Source: a bacterium (GTDB lineage: Bacteria > Bdellovibrionota_B > Oligoflexia > Oligoflexales > RGVZ01). Taken from it: DNA of 64,000 nt. Below are positions 1 through 9,144 of this stretch, piece after piece (within the stretch, counting starts at the first letter, position 1; each line of letters begins with the position of its first letter). A model generated the notes under the pieces. It did no database searches. It saw nothing but the letters and a program-made list of their open reading frames with translations, and was not told the origin of the DNA. A program made the translations under genes and the position numbers. Location of the stretch: contig RGVZ01000003.1 in assembly GCA_010029825.1 (NCBI GenBank), forward strand, positions 67 through 64,066. The letters are read 5' to 3'.

Positions 1-186
1 GAGCAGTCAGCGGGACTCGTTCAAATCAGCAAAGCCATGAATGATCTGGATCAGGCAACACAACGTAATGCCGCAACCAGCGAAGAAGTGGCCGCGTCCA
101 GTGACAAGATGGCCAGACAGGCGCAAGCCATGAACGCAGTGGTCAAGGATTTAAGTCGATTGATTTACGGCGGCGCGCGAAGGTGA
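1..186 (+). CDS. Methyl-accepting chemotaxis protein, C-terminal fragment (5' truncated by window edge)
   Basis: Frame 1 reads EQSAGLVQISKAMNDLDQATQRNAATSEEVAASS...*, a typical MCP C-terminal methylation helix; TGA at 184-186. Confidence 0.85.
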   Translation, partial: EQSAGLVQISKAMNDLDQATQRNAATSEEVAASSDKMARQAQAMNAVVKDLSRLIYGGARR

Positions 187-363
187 ATGCGGCGTTTGAG
201 TGGATCGAAAAAATCCGGAAATAGAGCCATGAAATTCGCATCTTTGGAGTGACAGGCTCAGCGGCTCCGGCGATTCTTTGGCACAAATCAAGTAAAGCAC
301 AGCCATTGCAATCCGAAACCCTGACAGGGACCCGGCAATTCTTGCCGGCCAAAAGGAGGAGTC

Positions 364-681
364 ATGGTCAAGGATAAGGCAGCAGCACCAGAAGCCAAGG
401 AAGCAAAAGCAGCTGAAGGCGGAGCTAAAGAAGTCTCGAAGGAAAAAAAGAAGCCGGCCAAGAGCGCTGACGACAGCCTCTCCGGTAAAGTCGAAGCCCA
501 GTCCAAGAAGAAAGAGTGGACGATGGAGCGCCTGACGAAAGTGGCGCGTCGCTTTGACTCCGAGGACGCCTGGAAGTACGGCGCGCCATCGAGCTACAAG
601 GCGGCTCACGCGAAGGGTATTGTCGCCCAGTGCATGGGCCACGTGAAGAAAGGCGTTCGCCCGGTGCGTCACACGGCCTGA
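364..681 (+). CDS. Small basic hypothetical protein (K/A/E-rich N-terminus plus one helical WT..A..F...W....SSY.AA...G....C..H module)
   Basis: Strong RBS AAGGAGGAG before ATG; 105 aa; followed by a hairpin terminator. Confidence 0.8.
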   Translation: MVKDKAAAPEAKEAKAAEGGAKEVSKEKKKPAKSADDSLSGKVEAQSKKKEWTMERLTKVARRFDSEDAWKYGAPSSYKAAHAKGIVAQCMGHVKKGVRPVRHTA

Positions 682-712
682 TCAAGTCCCAAGGTTGAGT
701 TCGATCAGATTC

Positions 713-761
713 ACGGCATCCTGACCGGAATGCGTCCGGTCCGGGTGCCGTCTGCCTTTTT
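713..761 (+). terminator. Putative intrinsic terminator
   Basis: ACGGCATCC-T-GACCGGA / TCCGGTC-C-GGGTGCCGT stem with a T5 run shortly after. Confidence 0.55.
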
Positions 762-889
762 GCTGATTTTAACCGGAGAAAAATACGTCCCTTAACCGAC
801 TGTAATCCCAATTGAAAATCGAGTGAGGTCGGAATTGGGGGGGCTATGTCCGATAAAAATCGGAACGTTTTTTTCGGGGGAATTTTTCC

Positions 890-2377
890 ATGGCTTTTTC
901 CAACGCCGGGCCGAATAGCCGTCAGCGTATCGTGATGATCAGCCTCATCGCTTTCGCCCCGACGGCATGCTTCAAGATGCGCAACACGGGATCGAGTCTG
1001 GGGTTCGCGAGCACCGAGCGCGGGACCGTCAATGAGATTTGCAGGAACAGCGGCAAAGTGAGCCGGATGTCGGTGATCAAGCTATCGACCGGTCGTTCTC
1101 TCGTAGCGATCGACGCGAATCCCTGTGGCAAGTCATCGATGCGGCTGGCTTCTGGCAAGTCCGGGGCAACTTCGGGCGCGAATTTTGGTGACCAGCCTCT
1201 CGCGGGGGAGGCTCCCTTTGCTGAACGTGTTCCGTCGCAGGATCCCCTCGTCTACTCATATCCGGGAACAGACTACGGGTACAACGCCAGCGCGACGGAC
1301 CGGAAAAAACCAGTATTTATCTTCGCACCTTCAGAGATCTCGGATCCAAACATTGTGAGGGCGGACAATTCCTTGATGGAAGAGGCAAGGCGACAGGGTT
1401 TTCGTGTTGTTGACATGTCAGGTTTGTCATCAGCCGCGCTCCAGAATCAGTTGCGTAATCTGCGCCGTTCGGAGTTTGGAATATTCAGGGACAACAGGAC
1501 CCTCGTTTACATGAGCGCGCATGGCCAGGTCAGACAGGAAAACGGTCAGACCCGTCATGTCAGCACCATTCAAGGTGAACACTATGTCGCGGAAACCGGG
1601 ACGACTGAATGGTACGACGATTTCGAAGTGACGGCGGATCGCATCCAGGCGATCAACCGCGGTCTTGGCCAGGAATTTTTCAACAGTACCCGTTCTGTGA
1701 TTTTCAACTCGTCCTGTTTTTCCGGGCAAGTGGCCTCGGATCTCGGTCCCAATTATACCGGCCCGGCAGTGATCAACGCGTCCGGCGCCAACCAGATAAG
1801 TGGCACCGGAGAGGTCTACGAATTGATGCGCATGATGAACCCCGAATACGCCCGCCAACGAGTTGGCAGCGCCGACGGCAGCGTTACCCCACGCCAGTTC
1901 GCGGATTATCTGAATCGCCCGGAAAACCAGTTGGGTAACGCATCGACCATCCAGGTAGCGACACAATATTTTACAGATTTCAGTGACGATTTCGCACGAG
2001 ATTTCAACGCCCGTCATGGGATCGCCAGCGACGTCACCGACGTGACCGGGAGTCGTGACCTCGCGCGCGATTCCTCCGGAAACCTGTTGCACGGGAGAAG
2101 TTTTTTCGCGCTTCCGGACGGCTCCGTCGCGGCTCCCATCAATGAGAGGGTGACGACTGCCACGCCCCAGACCATTCAAATCATGGGCGACGCCAGCCGG
2201 AGCTTGCTTATCCCTGGCGGGCGCGAGACGCAGGAGTCAAGTCCGGACATTCCAAGTGCATCGAGGTTTCAAGACGTCGCGCCGGGCGCCCGTATCGAAG
2301 AAGCATTCCCAGGCGATGGTTCGGCTAACCAGCCCTATGTCGTCCCTGATGACGTCCCTGTCGAGCCAGAGCCGTGA
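890..2377 (+). CDS. Putative lipoprotein with caspase-like (clan CD) peptidase domain
   Basis: Lipobox-like PTAC; YMSAHG (His-Gly), FNSSCFSG (Cys), ASGANQIS and DGSVT..F..YL motifs typical of C14/C13-like peptidases. Confidence 0.65.
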   Translation: MAFSNAGPNSRQRIVMISLIAFAPTACFKMRNTGSSLGFASTERGTVNEICRNSGKVSRMSVIKLSTGRSLVAIDANPCGKSSMRLASGKSGATSGANFGDQPLAGEAPFAERVPSQDPLVYSYPGTDYGYNASATDRKKPVFIFAPSEISDPNIVRADNSLMEEARRQGFRVVDMSGLSSAALQNQLRNLRRSEFGIFRDNRTLVYMSAHGQVRQENGQTRHVSTIQGEHYVAETGTTEWYDDFEVTADRIQAINRGLGQEFFNSTRSVIFNSSCFSGQVASDLGPNYTGPAVINASGANQISGTGEVYELMRMMNPEYARQRVGSADGSVTPRQFADYLNRPENQLGNASTIQVATQYFTDFSDDFARDFNARHGIASDVTDVTGSRDLARDSSGNLLHGRSFFALPDGSVAAPINERVTTATPQTIQIMGDASRSLLIPGGRETQESSPDIPSASRFQDVAPGARIEEAFPGDGSANQPYVVPDDVPVEPEP

Positions 2378-4494
2378 ATCAGATCCCACGCAAATCGCGC
2401 GGCATCTTGCCCGGCAAATAACGCGGTCAGGATGCCGCTGGCCGTTTCGGGGTCGTTCGTCGGCAGGAAACCTGATTTGATATGTGTGGCGCCAGCGGCC
2501 GTTGAGGTCCGCAGCGGGAATCGTTCCGCAATCTTCGCGGCGAATCCCTTGAAGTTCTGGTGGGTTGACTTGCGCAGCATGTTCCTGTGGATGTGCAACC
2601 AGATCGCGGGCTGGCCGCGACTGAGGTGTTTCTCGATGGCGACCGCGACGCGGCCCATGGAGAATCGCGCGTTGATCTCGACGATGGGGCGGAGTTCCAG
2701 TTCGCCCGACGCGGGATCGCGGAAGACCAGGGAATCGATGCCGGCGGCGCCGGAAAATCCGGCCGCGTGCATTTTCTTGCCGACGGCGAGCGCGGTCTCG
2801 CGGAGTTCGTCCATCCACGCGGGATAGATTTTCGCGAAGAATTCGGGGCCGAACTCCTGGCCCTTCGCGTCCGGGAACGTGAATGGCCGGCCCAGGGCGT
2901 GCCCCGAATAACGGCCAGCACGGTCAACGAGGGGGCGCGTGACATCGAGGACGCGCACGCGGCCGGATGCCTCGACCTCAAACAGCACGCTGAGGTCGCA
3001 AACTTTTTCGAGCCACGGTTCAACGATGACCGGATGGGCTGTATCGGGATGGGCCGCGTCGGGAGCGACGGCAGCCCGCGCGACCGGGACACGCCGCAGG
3101 CCGAGGCCCGAGGCGCCGAGAACCGGTTTGATCGCGATGTGCGAGAATCCAGCGGCGGCACAGGCAATGGCGGCGGATTTGACATCGGCCTCGTTGTGAC
3201 AGACGGATGGAGGATTTTTCGCGCCCAGGTCGCGCAGGATTCGCGCCGTAAAATCCTTGCCAAGAAAACGGTCGTGGCCCGGGGGCCAGGGATCAGGCAT
3301 GCGGGTAAAGTATTTTTTCAGCGAATGCCACCATGACAAGGCAGCGGTGGTTTCTCCCCACGCGCGCAACGCGCCCAGTTTGCGTCCGGCGAGGACGGAG
3401 TCGATGTGTTTGATCGATGGTGAGGTTCCGCATTCCACGAATTCAGGAATCGTGAATCCAGACGACTGGAGGCGCGCGAGAAACCCGATCGAGGGTTTGC
3501 GGCTTACCATAACCATGTCGTCCGGCGCCGCGATATAGAGCATCAGCGGCGCGAGGTCGTGCTCGATGAAGGCCGCGCCACCGGTAAGGAATGGTGATGC
3601 CGCGGACATCGCGATCTGGCGCTCGCATCCGGGGTTGAAAAACCACAAGTCGGCGGGACGGCCTTTCGACGACGTGAACACCCGCAGGTTCCTGATGAAT
3701 TCCTCGTCGATCCCGGCGCGCGCGCGGCCATGCTGGTCAAACACCGGGCCTTTCGCGCGGCTGGGGGTCAATGGATACCGCAAATGGTCCTGATAACTGG
3801 ACCACAGGGTTTTGCCGGACTCAAATCGTTTCATCCAGATGACGCCATGCTGGACATGGCGGACTTCGTCGTCATGGATCCTGCGCATGATGCCGGCAGT
3901 TTCCGCGTCGCCGAGATCGCGGAAAATTTTCTCGTAGTGAAGGGCGAAATCCAGATTCGCCTGTTCGAACGTCAGCGACATGGCGGCCGCGTATTCGGCC
4001 GGCGAGGCGATTTCTCTCATGGTGCGCCAGAAATAGCTGTTCACTGGCAAGTCGCCGAATTGGACGCCAAGCTCGTTCATGCGCCGGATGTAAATGCCGA
4101 GGTGTTCTTGTTCCTCGAGCATGGTGCGCGCGATGCCGAGGCGGAATGATTTCGGCGCGTCCGGGAAACGCAGCAACGCCAGCGCCATGATCTCAAGGGC
4201 AAGCAATTCATGATTCGCGAAGTAGTGCAGGACGAGTCCGCGTCCGCGCGGGTCGGAAAGTTTCGCCGGGGACTTCGCCTTGTCCGTGAACTGCCCGGGA
4301 ATGGAACTCGAGGTGCCCGCGCGCCGGTCAAAGGCGAGTGCCAGCGGGCGTCCCGGTAATTCCGGGACGGTCTCAAGGGCCGCGCCCGGGTGGTCGTCGG
4401 AAAAGGGATTGTCGTGGCCGGAGGCGGGACCGGCAAGCTTGTCTTCGATTGTTGTGCCGGACAGGATCCGTTCGGCGTATGCCCTCAATTCCAT
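2335..4494 (-). CDS. DUF455 ferritin-like domain fused to C-terminal ATP-grasp-like domain
   Basis: HYFANHELLALE, EEQEH, FEQANLD and DEVRHV diiron motifs; C-half has IKPVLGASGLG, VIVEPWL, GIDSL, EINARFS; start set at MELRAY. Confidence 0.8.
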   Translation of the reverse strand: MELRAYAERILSGTTIEDKLAGPASGHDNPFSDDHPGAALETVPELPGRPLALAFDRRAGTSSSIPGQFTDKAKSPAKLSDPRGRGLVLHYFANHELLALEIMALALLRFPDAPKSFRLGIARTMLEEQEHLGIYIRRMNELGVQFGDLPVNSYFWRTMREIASPAEYAAAMSLTFEQANLDFALHYEKIFRDLGDAETAGIMRRIHDDEVRHVQHGVIWMKRFESGKTLWSSYQDHLRYPLTPSRAKGPVFDQHGRARAGIDEEFIRNLRVFTSSKGRPADLWFFNPGCERQIAMSAASPFLTGGAAFIEHDLAPLMLYIAAPDDMVMVSRKPSIGFLARLQSSGFTIPEFVECGTSPSIKHIDSVLAGRKLGALRAWGETTAALSWWHSLKKYFTRMPDPWPPGHDRFLGKDFTARILRDLGAKNPPSVCHNEADVKSAAIACAAAGFSHIAIKPVLGASGLGLRRVPVARAAVAPDAAHPDTAHPVIVEPWLEKVCDLSVLFEVEASGRVRVLDVTRPLVDRAGRYSGHALGRPFTFPDAKGQEFGPEFFAKIYPAWMDELRETALAVGKKMHAAGFSGAAGIDSLVFRDPASGELELRPIVEINARFSMGRVAVAIEKHLSRGQPAIWLHIHRNMLRKSTHQNFKGFAAKIAERFPLRTSTAAGATHIKSGFLPTNDPETASGILTALFAGQDAARFAWDLIHGSGSTGTSSGTT

Positions 4495-4579
4495 GGGCAA
4501 ATCTGATAACATGATTCCCGCGCGCATCAAAGTTGAAGAAATCGCGGGGGTTTCCCGATCTCGTGCGGGAGGGAAGAAA

Positions 4580-5002
4580 ATGACACCGAGGATGATCCAG
4601 CTGTTCAAGGAATACGAGGACGGGCACAAGCACCCGACCAACCAACTCACCCATAAAATCGCGATTCCGCTGATCCTTTTTCATATCGTCGCGATGATGG
4701 ACTGGATTCACCTGGGGCCAGTCACGGGTGGGGTCGTCGCCATCGCCATCGCCGCGGCGTGGTATTTCCGCCATGACGCCCGCATCGCCGTGATCTTGAC
4801 GGCGTACATGATCCTTTGCCTCGCCGTCGGGCGTGTGACACCGCCCGGAATCGTGATCGCCATCGCCATCGGCGGCTGGCTGATCCAGTTCAGCGGGCAT
4901 TACGTGTGGGAGAAACATCACCCGTCGTTCTTCACGAACATCCTTCAGGCCCTGGTCGGGCCCGCGTACTTCACGGCGAGGTTGTTCAAGTTCTATCCTT
5001 GA
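4580..5002 (+). CDS. DUF962/Mpo1-like membrane protein
   Basis: Y...HKHPTNQLTH..AIP and GW.IQF.GH..WEK..PSF motifs; RBS GGGAGGG. Confidence 0.9.
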   Translation: MTPRMIQLFKEYEDGHKHPTNQLTHKIAIPLILFHIVAMMDWIHLGPVTGGVVAIAIAAAWYFRHDARIAVILTAYMILCLAVGRVTPPGIVIAIAIGGWLIQFSGHYVWEKHHPSFFTNILQALVGPAYFTARLFKFYP

Positions 5003-5006
5003 TCAG

Positions 5007-6197
5007 TTAGCGATCCGTCGGCCGTTTCTTTTTCGATCCGGCATAGATGTCGAAGATCAAGAGCTTGGCCTTGATGCTGCCGTTCATGAGGTTGAACTTG
5101 CGCGTCGGTTTCAGGCCGATGAACTTCCACGGCGATTCCTCCGCGGCAAGAAGCGCCGCGCGCCAGCCCTTGAAGTTCTGTTTCAGGTTGTCGCCGATCT
5201 CGCCGTAAAGTTTCGTCAGGGCCTCAACCTCGCCTTTGGCCAGGCGCGCGCCATAGGGCAGGTTGGCGATCAGGATGCCGGTCTCCGCGTGCGGGCGGGC
5301 GTCCTCGATTTTTCCAACCTTGAATTCGATGTCGCGCTCGACCCGGGCGCGCAACGCGTTTTGCTTTGCCATCTCGACGTACTTTGGACTGATGTCCGAA
5401 GCGACAATTGGCGCCGGCAAGGATTCGAGGCGCTCGCCGCGGACGCGGTCCTGGACTTTGCGCCACACGCTGTTGTCAAAATCCTTCAGCCACTCGAACC
5501 CGAACTCGCCTTTCTTGCGGTGGATGTGCGCCGCCTTGCGCAGTCCTTTGTAAGCGGCCTCGATCGCGATCGTGCCGCTGCCACACATCGGGTCAAGGAG
5601 CGCCTGTGTCCCGTCATATCCCGCGAGATCCAGGATCGCGCAGGCCAGTGTTTCCTTGATCGGGGCCGGGTGGCCTTCCGTTCGGTAACCGCGCTTGTGC
5701 AGCGTCTTTCCAGTCGTGTCGAGGCTCAGCGTGCATCGGCCTTTCTGGATGAAAGCGACCACCATGACCTTTGGTTCCTTCAAGTCGACCTTCGGGATTT
5801 TGCCGGTATGTTGCGCGAAAGAGGCCTGAAGCGCCTCACGGATCGTCTTGCTGATCGTGTTGGATCCCATGACGCCTGGCCCACGGTCCGCAGGAACGCC
5901 TTCGACAATGAATGTTCTCTCGGGCGCGAAATGCTCTGACCAGCGGACGCGTTTTGCCTGCGCCGCCAGCATCTTTTCATCGTGCGCCGCGAATTCCTTG
6001 ACGACGCGGAAGATGCGACTCGCGGTCCGCAGTTTCAGGTGCAACTCGTAAAATGTCTCAAGGTCCTCGACAACGCACGCCACCGCCCGGTAGCGCAGGT
6101 CGATGTCGCGCGCCCCCAGTGCGCGCAACTCGTTGGCAAGAACTTCCTTGGTCTCATCCGGGCAGGTGACGATGGCGTGGATCATTTGGGCTTTCAA
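5007..6197 (-). CDS. rlmL: THUMP-domain 23S rRNA methyltransferase (RlmL-type, no RlmK half)
   Basis: LHKRGYR, APIKETLA, DPMCGSGTIAIEAA and NLPYG motifs. Confidence 0.85.
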   Translation of the reverse strand: MKAQMIHAIVTCPDETKEVLANELRALGARDIDLRYRAVACVVEDLETFYELHLKLRTASRIFRVVKEFAAHDEKMLAAQAKRVRWSEHFAPERTFIVEGVPADRGPGVMGSNTISKTIREALQASFAQHTGKIPKVDLKEPKVMVVAFIQKGRCTLSLDTTGKTLHKRGYRTEGHPAPIKETLACAILDLAGYDGTQALLDPMCGSGTIAIEAAYKGLRKAAHIHRKKGEFGFEWLKDFDNSVWRKVQDRVRGERLESLPAPIVASDISPKYVEMAKQNALRARVERDIEFKVGKIEDARPHAETGILIANLPYGARLAKGEVEALTKLYGEIGDNLKQNFKGWRAALLAAEESPWKFIGLKPTRKFNLMNGSIKAKLLIFDIYAGSKKKRPTDR

Positions 6198-7036
6198 TTC
6201 TGGCTTGGGTCCGACTGGTTCGGCGGAACTTGTGATGGCGGCATGCCGAGTTCAATCGCGCCGGGCAGCGTCGGGGTTCCAACCGGCGGTCTCGGGCGGC
6301 CGGACGGTATCACTGAAACGGTCACGGTGGCTTCCGCTTTTTTACCGTTGCCGAGGGTGCAAGTGGCTGTAATCACGTACTGCCCTGTTGTGTCGAAACT
6401 GTGCGAAGAAGTCCCGCCAAGGGCCGTCGCGCCATCGCCAAATTTCCATGAGATCGTGCCGGCCTCTGTCGCGAGGCACCTGGCCTGCGTCTTCACGAGT
6501 TCGCCGGGATAGGCAACGAGGGGCGCGGCCGTCACCAGCACGGCCGGGGCGGGTACGGCGCAGCACGGGTCGTTGTCGACCACGCGGATCGTCTGCGACG
6601 CGGTCGCGGTCTCTCCGTCGGCGCTGATGACCTTCAGCGACACGATTTGCGCGCCGGTTTTCACGAACGAGTACGGAACCTCGAGGGGCTCGCAACCGCG
6701 TTGGCGCGCGCTGGCCACTTTCTGGCCGTCAATGCTGACCTGATATTCGGCGTTGGTGATGCCTGGATTCGCGCAGGGACTCTTGCCGACATAATCCGGG
6801 TCCACCGTGTCGGCGGAGGGGCGAAAAACGAGGCCCTGGTTGGTGCGCACGACACCGATGAGTTTTCCGGCCTGGGTCACCTCGAGGCGCGCCGATGGCA
6901 AAAGGCTGGCCGTCGCGTCGGGCGCGGCGGGACGTTGCCGGTCCTTCACCGGATCGATGATCTCGTAACCGGCAGCACGGCATCCGCCCAGGGTGACGAG
7001 GCTGGCCAACGCGATGAGTTGAATGTTCTTTTTCAT
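6194..7036 (-). CDS. PKD-domain lipoprotein with Pro-rich tail
   Basis: Lipobox LGGC; WKFGDG...SSHSF...GQY PKD motif. Confidence 0.75.
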   Translation of the reverse strand: MKKNIQLIALASLVTLGGCRAAGYEIIDPVKDRQRPAAPDATASLLPSARLEVTQAGKLIGVVRTNQGLVFRPSADTVDPDYVGKSPCANPGITNAEYQVSIDGQKVASARQRGCEPLEVPYSFVKTGAQIVSLKVISADGETATASQTIRVVDNDPCCAVPAPAVLVTAAPLVAYPGELVKTQARCLATEAGTISWKFGDGATALGGTSSHSFDTTGQYVITATCTLGNGKKAEATVTVSVIPSGRPRPPVGTPTLPGAIELGMPPSQVPPNQSDPSQN

Positions 7037-7050
7037 CCTCGGGTGCTCCC

Positions 7051-8421
7051 TTATTTGCGATAGATGCGCAGCTCGACCCGGCGGTTCAAGCGGCGGCCCT
7101 GGTAGTTGTTGTTGCTCGCGATCGGGTTTTCCTCGCCGTGACCGACCGCCATGATCTTGTTGGGTTCGAGCTTGAAATCCTCGATGAGCCGCTTGCGGAT
7201 GTTCATCGCGCGGCGGTGGCTCAGGGTCAGGTTGTACTGGTCGTTGCCGACGCTGTCCGTGTATCCGTCGATGATCAACTTTTTCCAGCCCGGGCCTTTT
7301 TTCAGATGCGCCACGAGACGCTCAAAGATCGAGTGAGGGTCGTTGACGATTTCCTTGTCGCTGTCAAAGGCGAACAGGAGATCGTTGATGATGATTTTTT
7401 CCTCGGCCTTGGGCGGCAGCGCGAAGGGATCCGTCGGCGGCTTGGGCCGTTTTTGCGGTTTGGTCTCTTCTGGCGTTGTTGGCGCGTTGTGGCGGCTGAA
7501 TTCGGGGCCGGTCGTCCAGTTCACGCCGGCGTAAACACGCAGGTCGGGTGAACTGATGCCCTGCGAAAGTTCACGGCCCAAACCAGCATGCACAGCGAGG
7601 TTGTGACTGATGTCGTGCTTCGCGCCCAGCAGGAATTCAGCCGACGAACTCGCGCGGTTGGTGTTGTCATTGGATTTCGAAACGGGCCAGCTGGCGAAAA
7701 TCTCCGCGATCGCGCGCGTGTCCGAGTCCTTGAAACGGTAACTCGCCGCGGTGGACGCGATCCACTGGTTGCCAAGTGGGTCGATCGGGCTGCCGGAGTA
7801 AATCTCGTCGCCCTTCTCACGCCAACGATAGCCGACGTTGAGCGCCAGCGAATAGTCTCTCCAGGTGGTGTCGGCCAGGGCCTCGAGGTTTACCGTCGGG
7901 CTGCCGTTTTTCCCGGCGTAAGGATTGTCCTTCAGGCGGTTGAAGTTGACGGATCCGGCCACGGCATATCCGCCATCGTCTGTTCCCGACAACCGGTATT
8001 TCGCGTTGATCCGGACTTCCGTGTTGCCGCGCTGGGAAAACTGTCCGCGCGGGGAATCCGTGTCATTGACTTTCTGGTCAATGATCTGCGGCAAGGACAG
8101 GCCAAGGTCCAGGTGGGGCATGATGCCGACACCGACGTTGAGGTCCATGCCCAGCAGGCGGTCGCCGCTCTTTGCCGGGAATTCGTTGGTCTCGCGGTCA
8201 CGCAGGCGTGGCAGGGTGTTGTTCGCCTGGTTCAGGAAAAGGCCGAAGTTGATGATGCCCGGGTCCAGGGTCTCGGAAGACTGGACCGTAACGAAATCGA
8301 GGCCGTTCGTGGTCGGATTGAAATTCTGGGTGTCATTGCCGATCACGTTCGCCGACGCGACGTGACCGATCCCGGCAGCCGCGACAGCCAAAATGACGGT
8401 TCCATAATGACGACGGGCCAT
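7051..8421 (-). CDS. OmpA-family outer membrane protein (N-terminal beta-barrel plus OmpA peptidoglycan-binding domain)
   Basis: Signal peptide; FAFDS, DGYTDSVG..YN..LS..RA and GRRLNRRVE motifs. Confidence 0.9.
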   Translation of the reverse strand: MARRHYGTVILAVAAAGIGHVASANVIGNDTQNFNPTTNGLDFVTVQSSETLDPGIINFGLFLNQANNTLPRLRDRETNEFPAKSGDRLLGMDLNVGVGIMPHLDLGLSLPQIIDQKVNDTDSPRGQFSQRGNTEVRINAKYRLSGTDDGGYAVAGSVNFNRLKDNPYAGKNGSPTVNLEALADTTWRDYSLALNVGYRWREKGDEIYSGSPIDPLGNQWIASTAASYRFKDSDTRAIAEIFASWPVSKSNDNTNRASSSAEFLLGAKHDISHNLAVHAGLGRELSQGISSPDLRVYAGVNWTTGPEFSRHNAPTTPEETKPQKRPKPPTDPFALPPKAEEKIIINDLLFAFDSDKEIVNDPHSIFERLVAHLKKGPGWKKLIIDGYTDSVGNDQYNLTLSHRRAMNIRKRLIEDFKLEPNKIMAVGHGEENPIASNNNYQGRRLNRRVELRIYRK

Positions 8422-8601
8422 CTGCGGATCCTTCCTGGATTGTCCTCCGGGGCGTCCTTGGCGGACGGGTCTCCCCGAACGGGTTTTTGCCTTGAGATCG
8501 TGCCCTTATAGTATATGATCCGCCGGGATTTTTGACCAGTTTCAACCAGTTTCAGGCAATTCCGGTCAGGAAGGCAATGGCCGGGAACGACAGGAGAAAA
8601 C

Positions 8602-9144
8602 GTGTTTGAGAAGAACTACAAGTCCGAAGTAGAGGCGGCCCAGAAGGATATCGATTTCGCGGCCAACAGCTACAAGGTGGAATTCGAGACCACCGCGGGC
8701 AACATCCGCCTCGATCTGCTGCCGGATGTCGCGCCCAACCACTGCATGAACATCATCGGGCTGGCCCGCGCCGGTTTCTATGACGGCATCATTTTCCACC
8801 GGGTCGTCCCGGGGTTTGTCATCCAGGCCGGGTGCCCGAAAGGTGTCGGCACAGGGGGGCCGGGTTACCGGGTGAAGGCGGAATTCAACAAGACGCCGCA
8901 CGTGGCCGGCGTCCTGTCGATGGCCCGCGCTCAAGATCCGGATTCCGCCGGGTCCCAGTTTTTCCTTTGTCTGGGCAAGGCCGCGTTCCTTGACGGCCAG
9001 TACACGGCCTTCGGCCGTACCAGTGATGACGACAGCCTCGCCGTTGTCAAAACCATTGGCGAGGTCGAGACTGACGACCGTGATCGTCCGATGGCAGATG
9101 TCACGATCAAGAAAGCGACCGTGACGGTTGAGCCGAAAGCCTGA
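8602..9144 (+). CDS. Cyclophilin-type peptidyl-prolyl isomerase
   Basis: FYDGIIFHRVVPGFVIQAG, SMARAQDPDSAGSQFF and LDGQYTAFG. Confidence 0.95.
   Translation: MFEKNYKSEVEAAQKDIDFAANSYKVEFETTAGNIRLDLLPDVAPNHCMNIIGLARAGFYDGIIFHRVVPGFVIQAGCPKGVGTGGPGYRVKAEFNKTPHVAGVLSMARAQDPDSAGSQFFLCLGKAAFLDGQYTAFGRTSDDDSLAVVKTIGEVETDDRDRPMADVTIKKATVTVEPKA

Noticed and set aside
278-296. TGGCAC sigma54-like motif upstream of the 364 gene
   Set aside because: The -12 position reads GT instead of GC
837-843. G7 tract as a phase-variable promoter element
   Set aside because: Too short to be convincing in GC-rich DNA
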